Assembly (NCBI GenBank): GCA_002269645.1
Contig: NIVC01000847.1
Coordinates: 62,001 to 126,000 of the forward strand
Reading direction: 5' to 3'
DNA length: 64,000 bases
DNA from: Macrostomum lignano
Taxonomy: Eukaryota
In this document: positions 13,667 through 27,165 of the stretch, piece after piece
How positions within the stretch are numbered: position 1 is the first letter of the stretch
Layout: every line of letters starts with the position of its first letter
Position numbers and translations under genes: made by a program
The notes under the pieces: model-generated
Database searches by the model: none
Told to the model about the DNA's origin: nothing
What the model saw: the letters and a program-made list of their open reading frames with translations, nothing else

Positions 13667-13909
13667 GAACTGCAGCAGCATTTCATGTCAATTCCTGCTA
13701 TTTTGTCCAGCTTATAATTCAATAGTCACTTGTGTTGTGCTCTTGTGCCGTCAGCCAAAGCCCCCAATTTGTTGCTTTTTGGGCTGCTTTTTTGCTTGTT
13801 TGTTTGTTCGTTTGTTCGGTGCAGTCTACCTCTGTGTGCTTTTTATTTAACTTGAATCTTTTGTAAATGCGTTTATCCAGAATTGCTGGTAGATGAGATA
13901 AGACAACAT

Positions 13910-14760
13910 GGAAATGTGAGATGGCACATTTCTAGACTGTGAGATGGGACATTTCTAGGCTGTGAGATGGGACATTTCTAGACTGAGGGATGGGACATTT
14001 CTAGACTGTGAGATGGGACATTTCTAGACTGTGAGATGGGACATTTCTAGACTGTGAGATGGGACATTTCTAGACTGTGAGATGGGACATTTCTAGACTG
14101 TGAGATGGGACATTTCTAGACTGTGAGATGGGACATTTCTAGACTGTGAGATGGGACATTTCTAGACTGTGAGATGGGACATTTCTAGACTGTGAGTTGG
14201 GACATTTCTAGACTGTGAGATGGGACATTTCTAGACTGTGAGATGGGACATTTCTAGACTGTGAGATGGGACATTACTAAACTGTGAGATGGGACATTTC
14301 TAGACTGAGATGGGACATTTCTAGACTGTGAGATGGGACATTTCTAGACTGAGGGATGGGACATTTCTAGACTGTGAGATGGGACATTTCTAGACTGTGA
14401 GATGGAACATTACTAAACTGTGAGATGGGACATTTCTAGACTGTGAGATGGAACATTACTAAACTGTGAGATGGGACATTTCTAGACTGTGAGATGGAAC
14501 ATTACTAAACTGTGAGATGGGACATTTCTAGACTGTGAGATGGAACATTTCTAGACTGTGAGATGGAACATTACTAAACTGTGAGATGGGACATTTCTAG
14601 ACTGAGGGATGGGACATTTCTAGACTGAGGGATGGGACATTTCTAGACTGAGGGATGGGACATTTCTAGACTGAGGGATGGGACATTTCTAGACTGTGAG
14701 ATGGGACATTACTAAACTGTGAGATGGGACATTTCTAGACTGAGATGGGACATATCTAGG
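13910..14760. repeat. 23-bp minisatellite (TGTGAGATGGGACATTTCTAGAC)
   Basis: Direct tandem units. Confidence 0.95.
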
Positions 14761-15468
14761 CTATAAAGCTCACCGTATTTAACCTGACAAGGATAGCTAA
14801 AACTCTCTGGACTTACGGTAGTGTTTGGACTAGAAGCACCCCCCCTTCAGCAGTCCCAGCCTGACAACTGAAATCATCATGTTAATTCGCTGCTGCTAGC
14901 GGACCTAACAAATTTAGTGGCTGTATATCTTTCCCTTGTTAACAATTCAATATACCTGTGCAGCTAACCGAAGCGTTTTATATACCTTTTTTGTTGGTCA
15001 TATATTTTTTACACTAACTGCCGGTGAATCCAAGCTTGTCTCGCAATCTCACGCTTTTTTGCGTAAAAGTCTCATTCATGTCCGTCTGTCTTTACCGAGC
15101 TTACAATCCTTAGTTACTATGCAATGTATTAATGTTTACTATTATTCATACTCGTGTAATATTACTGTACTAACACACTGTTGGCTGGGACACTGTTGCT
15201 CTCTCTCTCTATCGATATCGGTTTTTTCCTGTACAGACTTTTTTGTGTATTTAATACACACTCGCGTGTATTTAAATAAAAAACTGATTCTACACAATTT
15301 TAAAAACAATATAATATACTCCAGAAGTTTGAGTCATTCTAGACTTTGCGCGTCTCATTTTTTCTTTCGACTTGGTTTTTAATTCATTTTTTCCAGTCGT
15401 GCGCGTTTTATCCTACTGATACATTTATTAAGTAGGCATGCAACGCGTTTTTTGCAGTAGCTAGGTAG

Positions 15469-15769
15469 TTATGGGTTATGTCGTCTAGTGGTCAGAGCAT
15501 CAGACTAGCGACTTGAAGGTCAGGGGTTCGATTCCAGATCCCACTCGGAACAATTTGTGTCCTTGAGCAAGACACTTAACTCTGCATTGCGCCCAGTTCT
15601 GCTGGGGAAATGGAGGCAGTGTGTCCTTGAATGAAGGCCCCCAGTCCTTGGACTGAACAGCCGTACGCAGCCTTCAGATGCGCCGCGCAATAGCTGCGGC
15701 TGAGCTGTCGGTTGCACATCTGGCCCAATTGGGGCAAGTGTAATCAATTGGTATTTTTGTTGTTTTTAT
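15469..15769 (+). mobile_element. tRNA-derived SINE with CORE-like domain
   Basis: A box-like GTCGTCTAGTGG (15480), B box GGTTCGATTCC (15525-15535), TGTGTCCTTGAGCAAGACACTTAACTC (15556) resembling the CORE-SINE box, T-rich tail, possible 7-bp TSD TAGGTAG (15462 and 15770). Confidence 0.75.
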
Positions 15770-16849
15770 TAGGTAGCATGACTTTATAATTTGGCCCATC
15801 CGGGTGAAGTCAGCAGCATCTTGCTCATGTCTGCTCAGTTATGAAGCGCAGGGCCATCTAGAAGTCATAAATGTTTTAGCTAGAAGCCTTATACTGTTGA
15901 CAGAATTTGAGATAATAAAATATGAGCATGCCGGGGCATTTTTGGGATTGGGTGGAGCACCGCTCCTGCTGCTGCCTGTCTCCAATTCATAAAAACTTTA
16001 CCATCGGACTGAATCTACATGTTCGCGCCAGATGCGAGTCTACTTTAAAAGCCGACTTTCTCTTTAGTTGTCTCCTACTGACTCTTCAAGCCGCAATCTC
16101 TCGGTCCTTCTGTTTCTGCTTTCCGTGATCGCCTCGGCTTTGGCCGGGGCCCCCAGTTGTCAGCGGTTATTTATGACTGCGAAATTGGCCTCCGGGGCGG
16201 GTCCATTAGTCTCGGGGATTTTAGGTCTCTGGCGGCCCGCTGAGACTGCCCCGGCCCTGATGGGAAGTGACAGTGCCCCTGCTGGGTCCCCCCGGTAAAT
16301 CACTTGAAGTGAGTGGTCGGAGATTTCTGCGAGCCTCCTGGAGCAGAAGTTTTATTGCCTATAGGCTGCTGCTGCCGCTGCTTCAATTAAATTGTCTCAG
16401 AGGCCTCGTTGGGCCATCGGTTTTTCCAACTAATTCGCCCTGCTAATGACTCCCTGCCAACATCAAAAGACCTTCTGTTTCGAGTCCATTAAGAGCTCTC
16501 TCCGCCCACCTCCCCCAAGGGGTGGCTCTGTTGGTGTGGGAACTGGGAACTGCATGGCTGGCTGAGAAAGGCAAAGGAGAAGCTGATCAAGCAGCTTTTT
16601 TGTGTCGGGGTGGCGGGCACACAGGCAAAATGGCTGTGGCAGGCAGAGCGGGCAAAAGACGGCCTCTTATCTGACGGTTGCTTCTCAGCAGCAGTTTGGC
16701 AAAATATCGGCCTCAGTGCCTTAGCAACAAGGTGAGAACTTGGCAGTTCGAGCAGTCTGATTTAACGAGTTTATTCTGATGAGCCGAAAATGCACATAGT
16801 CTGATTGAGTAAATTTAATTTATTACAGAACACCTTTCTGTAGGCATAA

Positions 16850-17916
16850 TAGCAATCCATTCTATTCATTGGTGTAGGCTAGATTAGCAATCCATTCTAT
16901 TCCTTATTGATGCAGGCTAGATTAGCAATTCATTCTATTCCCTTATTGATGCAGGCTAGATTAGCAATCCATTCTATTCCTTCATCATTGATAGGCTAGA
17001 TTAGCAATCCATTCTATTCCTTCATCATTGATGTAGGCTAGATTAGCAATCCATTCTATTCCTTCATCATTGATGTAGGCTAGATTAGCAATCCATTCTA
17101 TTCCTTCATTATTGATGTAGGCTAGATTAGCAATCCATTCTATTCCTTCATCATTGATGTAGGCTAGATTAGCAATCCATTCTATTCCTTATTGATGCAG
17201 GCTAGATTAGCAATCCATTCTATTCCTTATTGATGCAGGCTAGATTAGCAATCCATTCTATTCCTTCATCATTGATGTAGGCTAGATTAGCAATCCATTC
17301 TATTCCATCATTGATGTAGGCTAGATTAGCAATCCATTCTATTCCTTCATCATTGATGCAGGCTAGATTAGCAATCCATTCTATTCCTTCATCATTGATA
17401 GGCTAGACTAGCAATCCATTCTATTCCTTATTGATGTAGGCTAGATTAGCAATCCATTCTATTCCTTATTGATGCAGGCTAGATTAGCAATCCATTCTAT
17501 TCCTTCATCATTGATGTAGGCTAGATTAGCAATCCATTCTACTCCTTCATTATTGATGTAGGCTAGATTAGCAATCCATTCTATTCCATCATTGATGTAG
17601 GCTAGATTAGCAATCCATTCTATTCCATCATTGATGTAGGCTAGATTAGCAATCCATTCTATTCCTTCATCATTGATGCAGGCTAGATTAGCAATCCATT
17701 CTATTCCTTCATCATTGATAGGCTAGATTAGCAATCCATTCTATTCCTTCATCACTGATGCAGGCTAGATTAGCAATCCATTCTATTCCTTCATCATTGA
17801 TGTAGGCTAGACTAGCAATCCATTCTATTCCTTCATCATTGATGCAGGCTAGATTAGCAATCCATTCTATTCCTTCATCATTGATGTAGGCTAGATTAGC
17901 AATCCATTCTATTCCT
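16850..17916. repeat. 38-42-bp minisatellite (ATTAGCAATCCATTCTATTCCTTCATCATTGATGTAGGCTAG)
   Basis: Direct tandem units with indel variants. Confidence 0.95.
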
Positions 17917-18495
17917 TGGCCTTTGAGCTACTTTACGCTCGTACGTACCAATTATTAAAACAGTTTTTTGGCAGATTCAATAAATATCTTTGTTATAACC
18001 CCTATATGGCAAGTTCAGCTTTTTCAAATTCAAAATTCAATAAAACTGCTAAAAAAGTGAATGCTCTTTTGATAAAGCTCGCACATTCAAATTTCAATAG
18101 ACTCAGTTTCCATGCCCGGAGCCGGAGTCAGAAGGCTGTAATTATGCCAATAAAAACTGACTCAAGAAAGCTTCAAACAATGTGTCGTTGAAATGCAAGG
18201 CCTAGAAAAACTCTCAATATGGCATACGGAAGCTCCCAGGGCTTCAACAATGGCGGCGCGGTTGCTTCGCCTCGAGCAGCTGCCCTCCCCTCAGCCTCGC
18301 GAAAATTGACAGGTAGTTGTTGTTGCAGAGACCTGCTTGCGTGCGGTTGCACATGATAAGAATTGGCTTTATTGTAGTAAGTTATTCTCTCTTTAGCCGA
18401 TGGGCGTGCCCGAGCCAATTCATTGTGTCATGCTGTACGCTCATTATTCCACGCTTAGGAATCATTATTTTAGGCTTCTAAAAATACATTCATGA

Positions 18496-18621
18496 GACAA
18501 TGTGTTTGTGTATATGGTTTTGTCATAGACAATGATAAATTTTAGTCACTCGTGGCTTCGCCACTCGTGAAAAATTTATCATTGTCTACCTCCAAAACCA
18601 TATACACAATCTATCATTGTC
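18496..18621. mobile_element. 126-bp imperfect palindrome, MITE-like foldback
   Basis: Nested inverted repeats GACAATG/CATTGTC, TGTGTATATGGTTTT/AAAACCATATACACA (15 bp perfect), TAGACAATGATAAATTTT/AAAATTTATCATTGTCTA (18 bp perfect), centre GTGGC-TTC-GCCAC. No TSD found. Confidence 0.55.
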
Positions 18622-19024
18622 CCCCTCTATGGATCCGGGCTAATCAAGTCTGTCTATGGTATTTCTTCCTTTTCGCATACCTGCTTGGTTGCTAAGCTGC
18701 CGCCCTGACTGATTGTCGGCATTTGCTCCACTCGGCTAGCAAAGTGTGCGAGTTAACTCCGGGGGGGAACTTTATACTTTATCACCAGCAGTGATCAATT
18801 ATTGAATAAGTTATTACGAGGCATTCGGTTTGATTATAATTGCAGGTTTGTGAACAGACTTGGGTATTGCTAATTTTAATGAGCAAGTGGGGCATGCTTT
18901 GGGAGATTTCCGACGGCAACTTTTAGTCTCTGTGTGTTTTTAAACGAATTTAAAGCAGGCAGAGAATTGAAATCAAAGTTATGAATTTCTGTGAAGCATC
19001 TCTGAATTTCGGTTACGAGCTTAT

Positions 19025-20425
19025 TCTTCAAGGTCTGTGTGAATCTTCAAGGTCTGTGTGAATCTTCAAGGTCTGTGTGAATCTTCTAGGTCTGTGTTAA
19101 TCTTCTAGGTCTGTGTGAATCTTCAAGGTCTGTGTGAATCTTCAAGGTCTGTGTGAATCTTCAAGGTCTGTGTGAATCTTCTAGGTCTGTGAGAATCTTC
19201 TAGGTCTGTGTGAATCTTCTAGGTCTGTGTGAATCTTCTAGGTCTGTGTGAATCTTCTAGGTCTGTGTGAATCTTCAAGGTCTGTGTGAATCTTCAAGGT
19301 CTGTGTGAATCTTCAAGGTCTGTGTGAATCTTCTAGGTCTGTGTTAATCTTCTAGGTCTGTGTGAATCTTCAAGGTCTGTGTGAATCTTCAAGGTCTGTG
19401 TGAATCTTCAAGGTCTGTGTGAATCTTCTAGGTCTGTGAGAATCTTCTAGGTCTGTGTGAATCTTCTAGGTCTGTGTGAATCTTCTAGGTCTGTGTGAAT
19501 CTTCTAGGTCTGTGTGAATCTTCTAGGTCTGTGTGAATCTTCTAGGTCTGTGTGAATCTTCTAGGTCTGTGTTAATCTTCTAGGTCTGTGTGAATCTTCT
19601 AGGTCTGTGTGAATCTTCTAGGTCTGTGTGAATCTTCTAGGTCTGTGTTAATCTTCTAGGTCTGTGTTAATCTTCTAGATCTGTGTGAATCTTCAAGGTC
19701 TGTGTGAATCTTCAAGGTTTGTCTGAATCTTCAAAGTTCGTGTGAATCTTCAAGGTCTGTGTGAATCTTCAAGGTCTGTGTGAATCTTCTAGGTCTGTGT
19801 GAATCTTCAAGGTCTGTGTGAATCTTCAAGGTCTGTGTGAATCTTCTAGGTCTGTGTGAATCTTCAAGGTCTGTGTGAATCTTCAAGGTCTGTGTGAATC
19901 TTCTAGGTCTGTGTGAATCTTCAAGGTTTGTCTGAATCTTCAAAGTTCGTGTGAATCTTCAAGGTCTGTGTGAATCTTCTAGGTCTGTGTTAATCTTCTA
20001 GGTCTGTGTGAATCTTCTAGGTCTGTGTGAATCTTCTAGGTCTGTGTTAATCTTCTAGGTCTGTGTTAATCTTCTAGATCTGTGTGAATCATCAAGGTCT
20101 GTGTTAATCTTCAAGGTTTGTGTGAATCTTCAAAGTTCGTGTGAATCTTCAAGGTCTGTGTGAATCTTCAAGTTTTGTGTGAATATGAAATGTCTGTGTG
20201 AATATTAAATGTCTGTGTGAATATTAAATGTCTGTGTGAATCTTCAAAGTTTGTGTGAATCGTCAAGGTTTGTGTGAATCTTCAAAGTTTGTGTGAATCG
20301 TCAAGGTTTGTGTCAATCTTCAAGGTTTGCGTGAATTTTCTAGGTCTGTGTCAATCTTCAAGGTTTGTGTGAATCTTCTAGGTCTGTGTCAATCTTCAAG
20401 GTTTCTGTGAATCTTCAAGGTTCTG
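19025..20425. repeat. 19-bp minisatellite (GGTCTGTGTGAATCTTCAA/CTA)
   Basis: Direct tandem units, period 19. Confidence 0.95.
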
Positions 20426-21439
20426 TGTGAAGCTTCGGATTGGTAAAGATAAACTTTTGAGCTGGTATCCTCTGGTCCATAACGGATTCACCGATCTTGT
20501 ACGCACAGCATGTTGTGGGCTGGAGCTGCAAAACAGTGCCTGCTCATTAGTCACAGTGCCGACAACGACATACTTATATAATTGTCTTTCAACCACACGC
20601 ATACTTATATACCTGCCTTGTCTACTAAAAGCAAAACTTGGCAAAACTGAGTGGTGTATGTTACAGCATTGTCATTAACCTGATGGGTCGAGGGCAGGGG
20701 CACCGCGTCCCATACGGCATTTAGATCAGACTCTTATCTATCATAACATGTTGTTGCATGGTCAGGCCAGATAACAACCCTTCTGTTTCTTAAACTCTCA
20801 CTCCCCCTCCAGCCCTATAAACCCCGGAACTTGGGCGCGCACCTCTCTCTCTCTCGAATAACTCTTGTTTCCAAGCCGCTTGGCAGCAAAGTGGGCGGAA
20901 CTGAAGTCGCTCCTCTAGAAGTATATCTTAACCATCTGACAGACAGACATCAGCCTTGACAGACCCGGGCTCAACTGACTGTATTATGCATAGATAGATT
21001 CTCTTAGGACTGGTGCCATCTGACTTTGTGTTCCCCTCGCTTCCACTCCAGTGGACATTGTGCGGCCGTCCTGTCTGTCTCTAAATGCGGGAATTTGGTT
21101 CTGGGAAATGAGAATTATATGCTTGCCAACACAGTTTTTGTTTTATGCGAGTCACGGAAGCCAGTCAAATTAAAATGGCTGTGGAGAACAAAACAATGGT
21201 GATGTTTGGAATTTGTTTAGTAAAAATTATAGAAATGTGTGTGCTAAAGTAAGTTGTCTGCTTGGCTTTCGTGGGGTTGGGGTTCGATTTTGGTTGAGCC
21301 CCCTCCTCCTTCAGACAAGACTCCCATTTTGCCTCTCTGTCAGCCAGTTTTCAATCCACTCTGAGTTGTGTTGAGCTTGGCTTTGTTGCAAAACATCTCT
21401 GTAGGCCTTTTGTTTGGTTGTTTATTTTCATTAAGTCAT

Positions 21440-22290
21440 GATCCCATCTGCTGACTTCCCAATTCAAGTAGTTGAGATCCCATCCGCTGACTTCCCAATT
21501 CAAGTAGTTGAGATCCCATCCGCAGACTTTTTCCAATAAAGTTAAGATCCCATCTGCAGATTTCTCCCAATAAAGTTGAAATCCCATCCGGAGACTTCTC
21601 CCAATAAAGTTGAAATCCCATCCGGAAATTTCTCCAAATAAAGTTAAAATCCCATCCGCAGACTTCTCCCAATAAAGTTGAGATCCCATCCGCAGATTTC
21701 TCCCAATAAAGTTGAGATGCCATCCACTGACTTCCCCCCAATAAAGTTGAGATCCCATCCACTGACTTCCCCCCAATAAAGTTGAGATGCCATCCACTGA
21801 CTTCCCCCCAATAAAGTTGAGATGCCATCCACTGACTTCCCCCCAATAAAGTTGAGATCCCATCCGCTGATTCTCCCAATAAAGTTGAGATCCCATCCGC
21901 TGATTTCTCCCAATCAAGTTGAAATCCCATCTGCAGACTTCTTCTAATAAAGTTGAGATCCCATCCGCAGACTTCTCCCAATAAAGTTGAGATCCCATCC
22001 GCTGATTTCTCCCAATAAAGTTGAAATCACATCCGCTGCCTTCTTTCAATAAAGTTGAGATCCCTTCCGCTGACTTCCCCCAATAAAGTTGAGATCCCAT
22101 CCGCTGATTTCTCCCAATAAAGTTGAGATCCCATCCGCTGATTTCTCCCAATAAAGTTGAGATCCCATCCGCAGATTTCTCCCAATAAAGTTGAGATCCC
22201 ATCCGCAGATTTCTCCCAATAAAGTTGAGATCCCATCCACTGACTTCCCCCAATAAAGTTGAGATCCCATCTGCAGGCTTCCCCATTAAA
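21440..22290. repeat. 34-35-bp minisatellite (CCCAATAAAGTTGAGATCCCATCCGCTGATTTCT)
   Basis: Direct tandem units. Confidence 0.95.
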
Positions 22291-22844
22291 ATTAAGATTC
22301 CCAACCAAATAGTCCTACATTTCCATTGTATCCCACTAAACTATATAAACATTGAGCATTAAATAGCAAATCTAAATTAGGCATAACCACAGCTTTTTGT
22401 ATTGTTCTCTAGCACCTAATCATCTCTATGCTTTCAATTAAATTTGCACTACGCTAATAGATAAACCTAACCTAGCAACTTGGCCTCGTGAACAACAATG
22501 ACCTGTTGCTATTTTCATAGCCAGCCCTGTTCTGTTCAAGCTTTTTAAAAAAAAACAATTTCAACACAACAAATTCTCACCTAATTGTGAGAATGCATTA
22601 TGCCACGAGTTTTCTATTTTTAGTAAGAGTTTTGGTTGGGTCGCTAATTGGCACCAATTTATCACCTTGTGCTACAAATTGACAATTTGTTAATTTTTGC
22701 TATGGCACGACAGACACCTGGCTTATAGGTGAGCTAATTCAATTATGAAGCGCTTTCGGGGTTATTGGAAATGCTCTGAGTATGGCTGTGACAGGGAGAG
22801 AGAAAAGGTAGGTTGGCTTGGGGCTAGGGATTGAGCTTAGAGAG

Positions 22845-24160
22845 AGATGGATAGTGGGAGAGGGGGAGATGGATAATGGGAGAGTGGGAGGTGGATAGTG
22901 GGAGAGGGGGAGATGGATAATGGGAGAGTGGGAGGTGGATAGTGGGAGAGGGGGAGATGGATAATGGGAGAGTGGGAGGTGGATAGTGGGAGAGGGGAGA
23001 GGGGAGAGATCAGAGAGGGAATAGATAAGGGAGATGGGAGAGATCAGAGAGGGAATAGATAAGGGAGATGGGAGAGATCAGAGAGGGAATAGATAAGGGA
23101 GATGGGAGAGATCAGAGAGGGAATAGATAAGGGAGATGGGAGAGATCAGAGAGGGAATAGATAAGGGAGATGGGAGAGATCAGAGAGGGAATAGATAAGG
23201 GAGATGGGAGAGATCAGAGAGGGAATAGATAAGGGAGAGGGGAGAGATCAGAGAGGGAATAGATAAGGGAGATGGGAGAGATTAGAGAGGGAATAGATAA
23301 GGGAGATGGGAAAGATCAGAGAGGGAATAGATAAGGGAGATGGGAGAGATTAGAGAGGGAATAGATAAGGGAGATGGGAGAGATCAGAGAGGGAATAGAT
23401 AAGGGAGATGGGAGAGATCAGAGAGGGAATAGATAAGGGAGATGGGAGAGATCAGAGAGGGAATAGATAAGGGAGATGGGAGAGATCAGAGAGGGAATAG
23501 ATAAGGGAGATGGGAGAGATTAGAGAGGGAATAGATAAGGGAGATGGGAGAGATCAGAGAGGGAATAGATAAGGGAGAGGAGAGAGATTAGAGAGGGAAT
23601 AGATAAGGGTGATGGGAGATGGGAGAGATCAGAGAGGGAATAGATAAGGGAGATGGGAGATGGGAGAGATCAGAGAGGGAATAGATAAGGGAGATTGGAG
23701 AGATTAGAGAGGGAATAGATAAGGGAGATGGGAGATGGGAGAGATCAGAGAGGGAATAGATAAGGGAGAGGGGAGAGATTAGAGAGGGAATAGATAAGGG
23801 AGATGGGAGATGGGAGAGATCAGAGAGGGAATAGATAAGGGAGATGGGAGAGGGGAGAGATCAGAGAGGGAATAGATAAGGGAGATGGGAGAGATCAGAG
23901 AGGGAATAGATAAGGGAGATGGGAGATGGGAGAGATCAGAGAGGGAATAGATAAGGGAGATGGGAGATGGGAGAGATCAGAGAGGGAATAGATAAGGGAG
24001 ATGGGAGATGGGAGAGATCAGAGAGGGAATAGATAAGGGAGATGGGAGAGATCAGAGAGGGAATAGATAGGGGAGATGGGAGAGATCAGAGAGGGAATAG
24101 ATAAGGGAGATGGGAGATGGGAGAGATCAGAGAGGGAATAGATAAGGGAGATGGGAGAGG
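22845..24160. repeat. Purine-rich 34-bp minisatellite (GAGAGATCAGAGAGGGAATAGATAAGGGAGATGG) upstream of Hmx
   Basis: Tandem units; the first 150 bp or so use a related ~40-bp unit. Confidence 0.95.
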
Positions 24161-24648
24161 AAATCAATAGGAAGTGCTTTGTTGGTACGTAAAAGCCTAA
24201 CCCAGATGAATTCTGCAATCTGAGACCGATTGCTTTTCTCCAAAGCATGTCTATTAGCGTTTCAAATCCAAGTCTGTCCGCTTATCAAACCGGCTTAATT
24301 TAGCTCCACCAGGGAAATTCGGAGCTCACAGCTCATTCGCTCCGAAGCGGCGCATCCTGAGAAGCGCCACCCGGGTAAGATTGCCGTCAGCCACCCTTCT
24401 CTGGACCAATGGCAGCCGGCCTGGCTCAGGGGCTGGGGTGGGAGGCCTGAGCATGGGGTGGGGAGTCCACTGTTGCGTCAAGGTGAGTAGGCAGGAGGGC
24501 GGGTTGGGGGGGGTTTGGCTCCACGAAAGGAGAATAAAAATTGTCGCTTAAAAGTTGCAAAGGGAAAAGAAAGCCTTAGAGAGAGAGAGAGTTTCGCCAG
24601 GACCAGCAAGGCAGCCAGCCAACTCGCTTGTACAGAAGTTCAAATTCA

Positions 24649-25366
24649 ATGGCAGCTACTCAGCAGCAACAGGCGGATGCGACTGATGCGGAACAGGATG
24701 CAGCTGGACTGCTGCCCGACCATCAGTCACCGCAGCAGAAGCCGAGCTCAGCCTCACTTGGCGGCAAACGGGCCGCCCCACAGCATAGCAACAGTCGCAG
24801 CGGCTTCAGCATCAGCAGCATCCTCCGAATGCCGGCCAACAAGCGGCCGAGAGACTCGTCGACTGTTGAGGACGGCGACTCGCCGCCGCCGCCGCCGCCG
24901 CAAGAAGACATACCGCAGTCCCTGCCGCAGCAGCAGCAGCCGCGGCTTCCCTCGCCGGTCTCCATGCCACTGGACCTGAGCGATCCCCGGTCGCATCTGG
25001 CCGCCAGTCTGGCCGCCGCTGCAGCCGCCGCGGCCGCCGGCAGCCAGGGCTTCCCTGTGCTGGCCTTCCCGCCTGGACATCCGCTGCTGCACCAGGCCTA
25101 CTTGGAGATGCAGGCCAAAGCAGCCGCTGCCGCCGCTCTCTGCCAGCCCTGCTGGTTCCCGGGTCCGCAGCCGCAGCATCTGGCAGTTCAGCAGGGTCAC
25201 CAGCTATCGCTGCCTGCGCCGCCTATGCAGCAGCAGCAGCAGCAGCAGCAGGAGCAGCTACCACCGCACAGCACCGCAGCCGCTGCCTTCCTGCGCCACT
25301 GTTTTGCTGAAGCTTCCAGCGGCGGCGGGATGATCTCAGTTAGCGGCAGCGGCCTTGGCAAAATCG
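24649..25366 (+). CDS. Hmx: Hmx/Nkx5 homeobox gene, exon 1
   Basis: ATG at 24649; eh1 Groucho-binding motif FSISSIL (24805-24825); poly-Ala/Gln/Pro tracts; donor ATCG|GTTAGT at 25367, phase 1 matching exon 2. Confidence 0.8.
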
Positions 25367-26504
25367 GTTAGTGAAATTCTCGATTCCTGCACCTTCCCTA
25401 AGAAATCGGTTGCGCAAATTCTCTAATTATTTTTGCTTTTTTTGACTTTGCGAAAGAAAGAAATGAGCTAGCTATAGGATTGCCTCGAGGGCGGGACGAT
25501 TAGCGCATTGCTGCACAACTGTCAGTGGAGTTGTTTGGCTGAGCTGCGAAGTGGCTGCAGTTGACTTCATCAACTGCACCGCCCTAGGGGCGGGGTAGAC
25601 GCGCTGGGGAATAATAGAATGATTCAATTATGCTTGAAATCGCCTCGAGGGATAAATTATAGTTTTAGGAAACTGTCAAGTAGGCATAAACTGTTAATAG
25701 AGGCAACCATAAACAGCAATGAAACACTGCTATAACCGAATATTGCAGGGAAAAAAGTTAGGTTGGTGTGTTTTCAAATTTTTTTCGATTCGTGTCTTCT
25801 CTTTTCCTGTATTTTTTTTCAACTAATTGAAAGACGCCTGGAATTGAGCACGATTACCAAAATGAGCAGTGGGTTAGATGAAAAAACACACCCCCAACTG
25901 GCTCGAAGTTTGCGTGATTCGAATTGCCCTCCTGTCTCAATAATTGAGTTTTCATAAACTCAAACTTCTGTACATTGAGCACAAAGACTCTCTACACACA
26001 AAGAGCGAGTGATCTAAGAGATTAGAATCTGTCTCAGACTCTCAGTTCGTGTTTTGGAGCAGGGCTTGAGCAGCCATTCACCGGAAGCTTAATTCTCTCT
26101 AAGAGTCAAAGTTGTTAATTTGAGCCGACATAAATTTTGTTTCGCTTCCGAAGTCTGTCTCTCTTAAGTCTCACCTCTCGATTCTCACCTGGGGGGGGGG
26201 CTGTCAAAAAAGTGGCTAATCACAGTTCTAAGCAAGCTCCGCCCAGACCCGCCACCGTCAATTAAAAACCTTGACTGACAGACAGAGGGGCTTGGTAGTC
26301 CCAGTCTTGCAAAATTAAGCACAAAGATCTTGTCAGGTTGCAATTGTAAATTTGGAATACAAAACCATCAAAAATTTGGTTCCTTTATGTATACCCTTTT
26401 TTATTAGTTTTGTTAAACTAGCTGCGATGTGTAAACTGTGCAGACTCTGGCACTCTTGCTTAAATTTATTTCCAATCACTTCTTGTCATCCTTTCCAGTT
26501 CTGT

Positions 26505-27108
26505 ACATCTCTATCCATCTGTCATCTGTCTCTATCCATCTGTCATCTGTCTCTATCCATCTGTCATCTGTCTCTATCCATCTGTCATCTGTCTCTATCC
26601 ATCTCTCATCTGTCTCTATCCATCTGTCATCTGTCTCTATCCATCTGTCATCTGTCTCTATCCATCCCTCATCTGTCTCTATCCATCTCTCATCTGTCTC
26701 TATCCATCTGTCATCTGTCTCTATCCATCCCTCATCTGTCTCTATCCATCCCTCATCTGTCTCTATCCATCTGTCATCTGTCTCTATCCATCTGTCATCT
26801 GTCTCTATCCATCTGTCATCTGTCTCTATCCATCTCTCATCTGTCTCTATCCATCTCTCATCTGTCTCTATCCATCTCTCATCTGTCTTTATCCATCTCT
26901 ATCCATCTCTATCCATCTCCTACCCAACTCTATCCATCTCCTATTCATCTCTATCCATCTCCTATCCATCTCTATCCATCTCCTATCCATCTCTATCCAT
27001 CTTTTATTCATCTCTATCCATCTCTTATCCATCTCTATCCATCTCCTATCCATCTCTATCCATATTTTATTCATCTCTATCCATCTCTTATCCATCTCTA
27101 TCCATCTC
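26505..27108. repeat. 21-bp pyrimidine-rich minisatellite (CTGTCTCTATCCATCTGTCAT), Hmx intron
   Basis: Tandem units grading into TCTCTATCCATCTCCTATCCA. Confidence 0.95.
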
Positions 27109-27165
27109 TTACAAGCTGAAAGCGATAGTGAAAGAGAGAAAAATTGTCTAAATTTTAACCAGCAG

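Noticed and set aside
15473-15545. Possible tRNA gene (also 54382-54455)
   Set aside because: Imperfect acceptor and anticodon stems, and both continue into SINE bodies with tails and TSDs.
17916-18418. ORFs of 91 aa (+) and 81 aa (-) as a transposase or recombinase remnant
   Set aside because: No recognisable catalytic motif in either.
24401-24600. Hmx promoter elements (CCAAT 24406, GGGCGG 24497) and a possible 5' UTR intron 24483-24600
   Set aside because: Short motifs expected by chance; the TSS cannot be placed from sequence alone.
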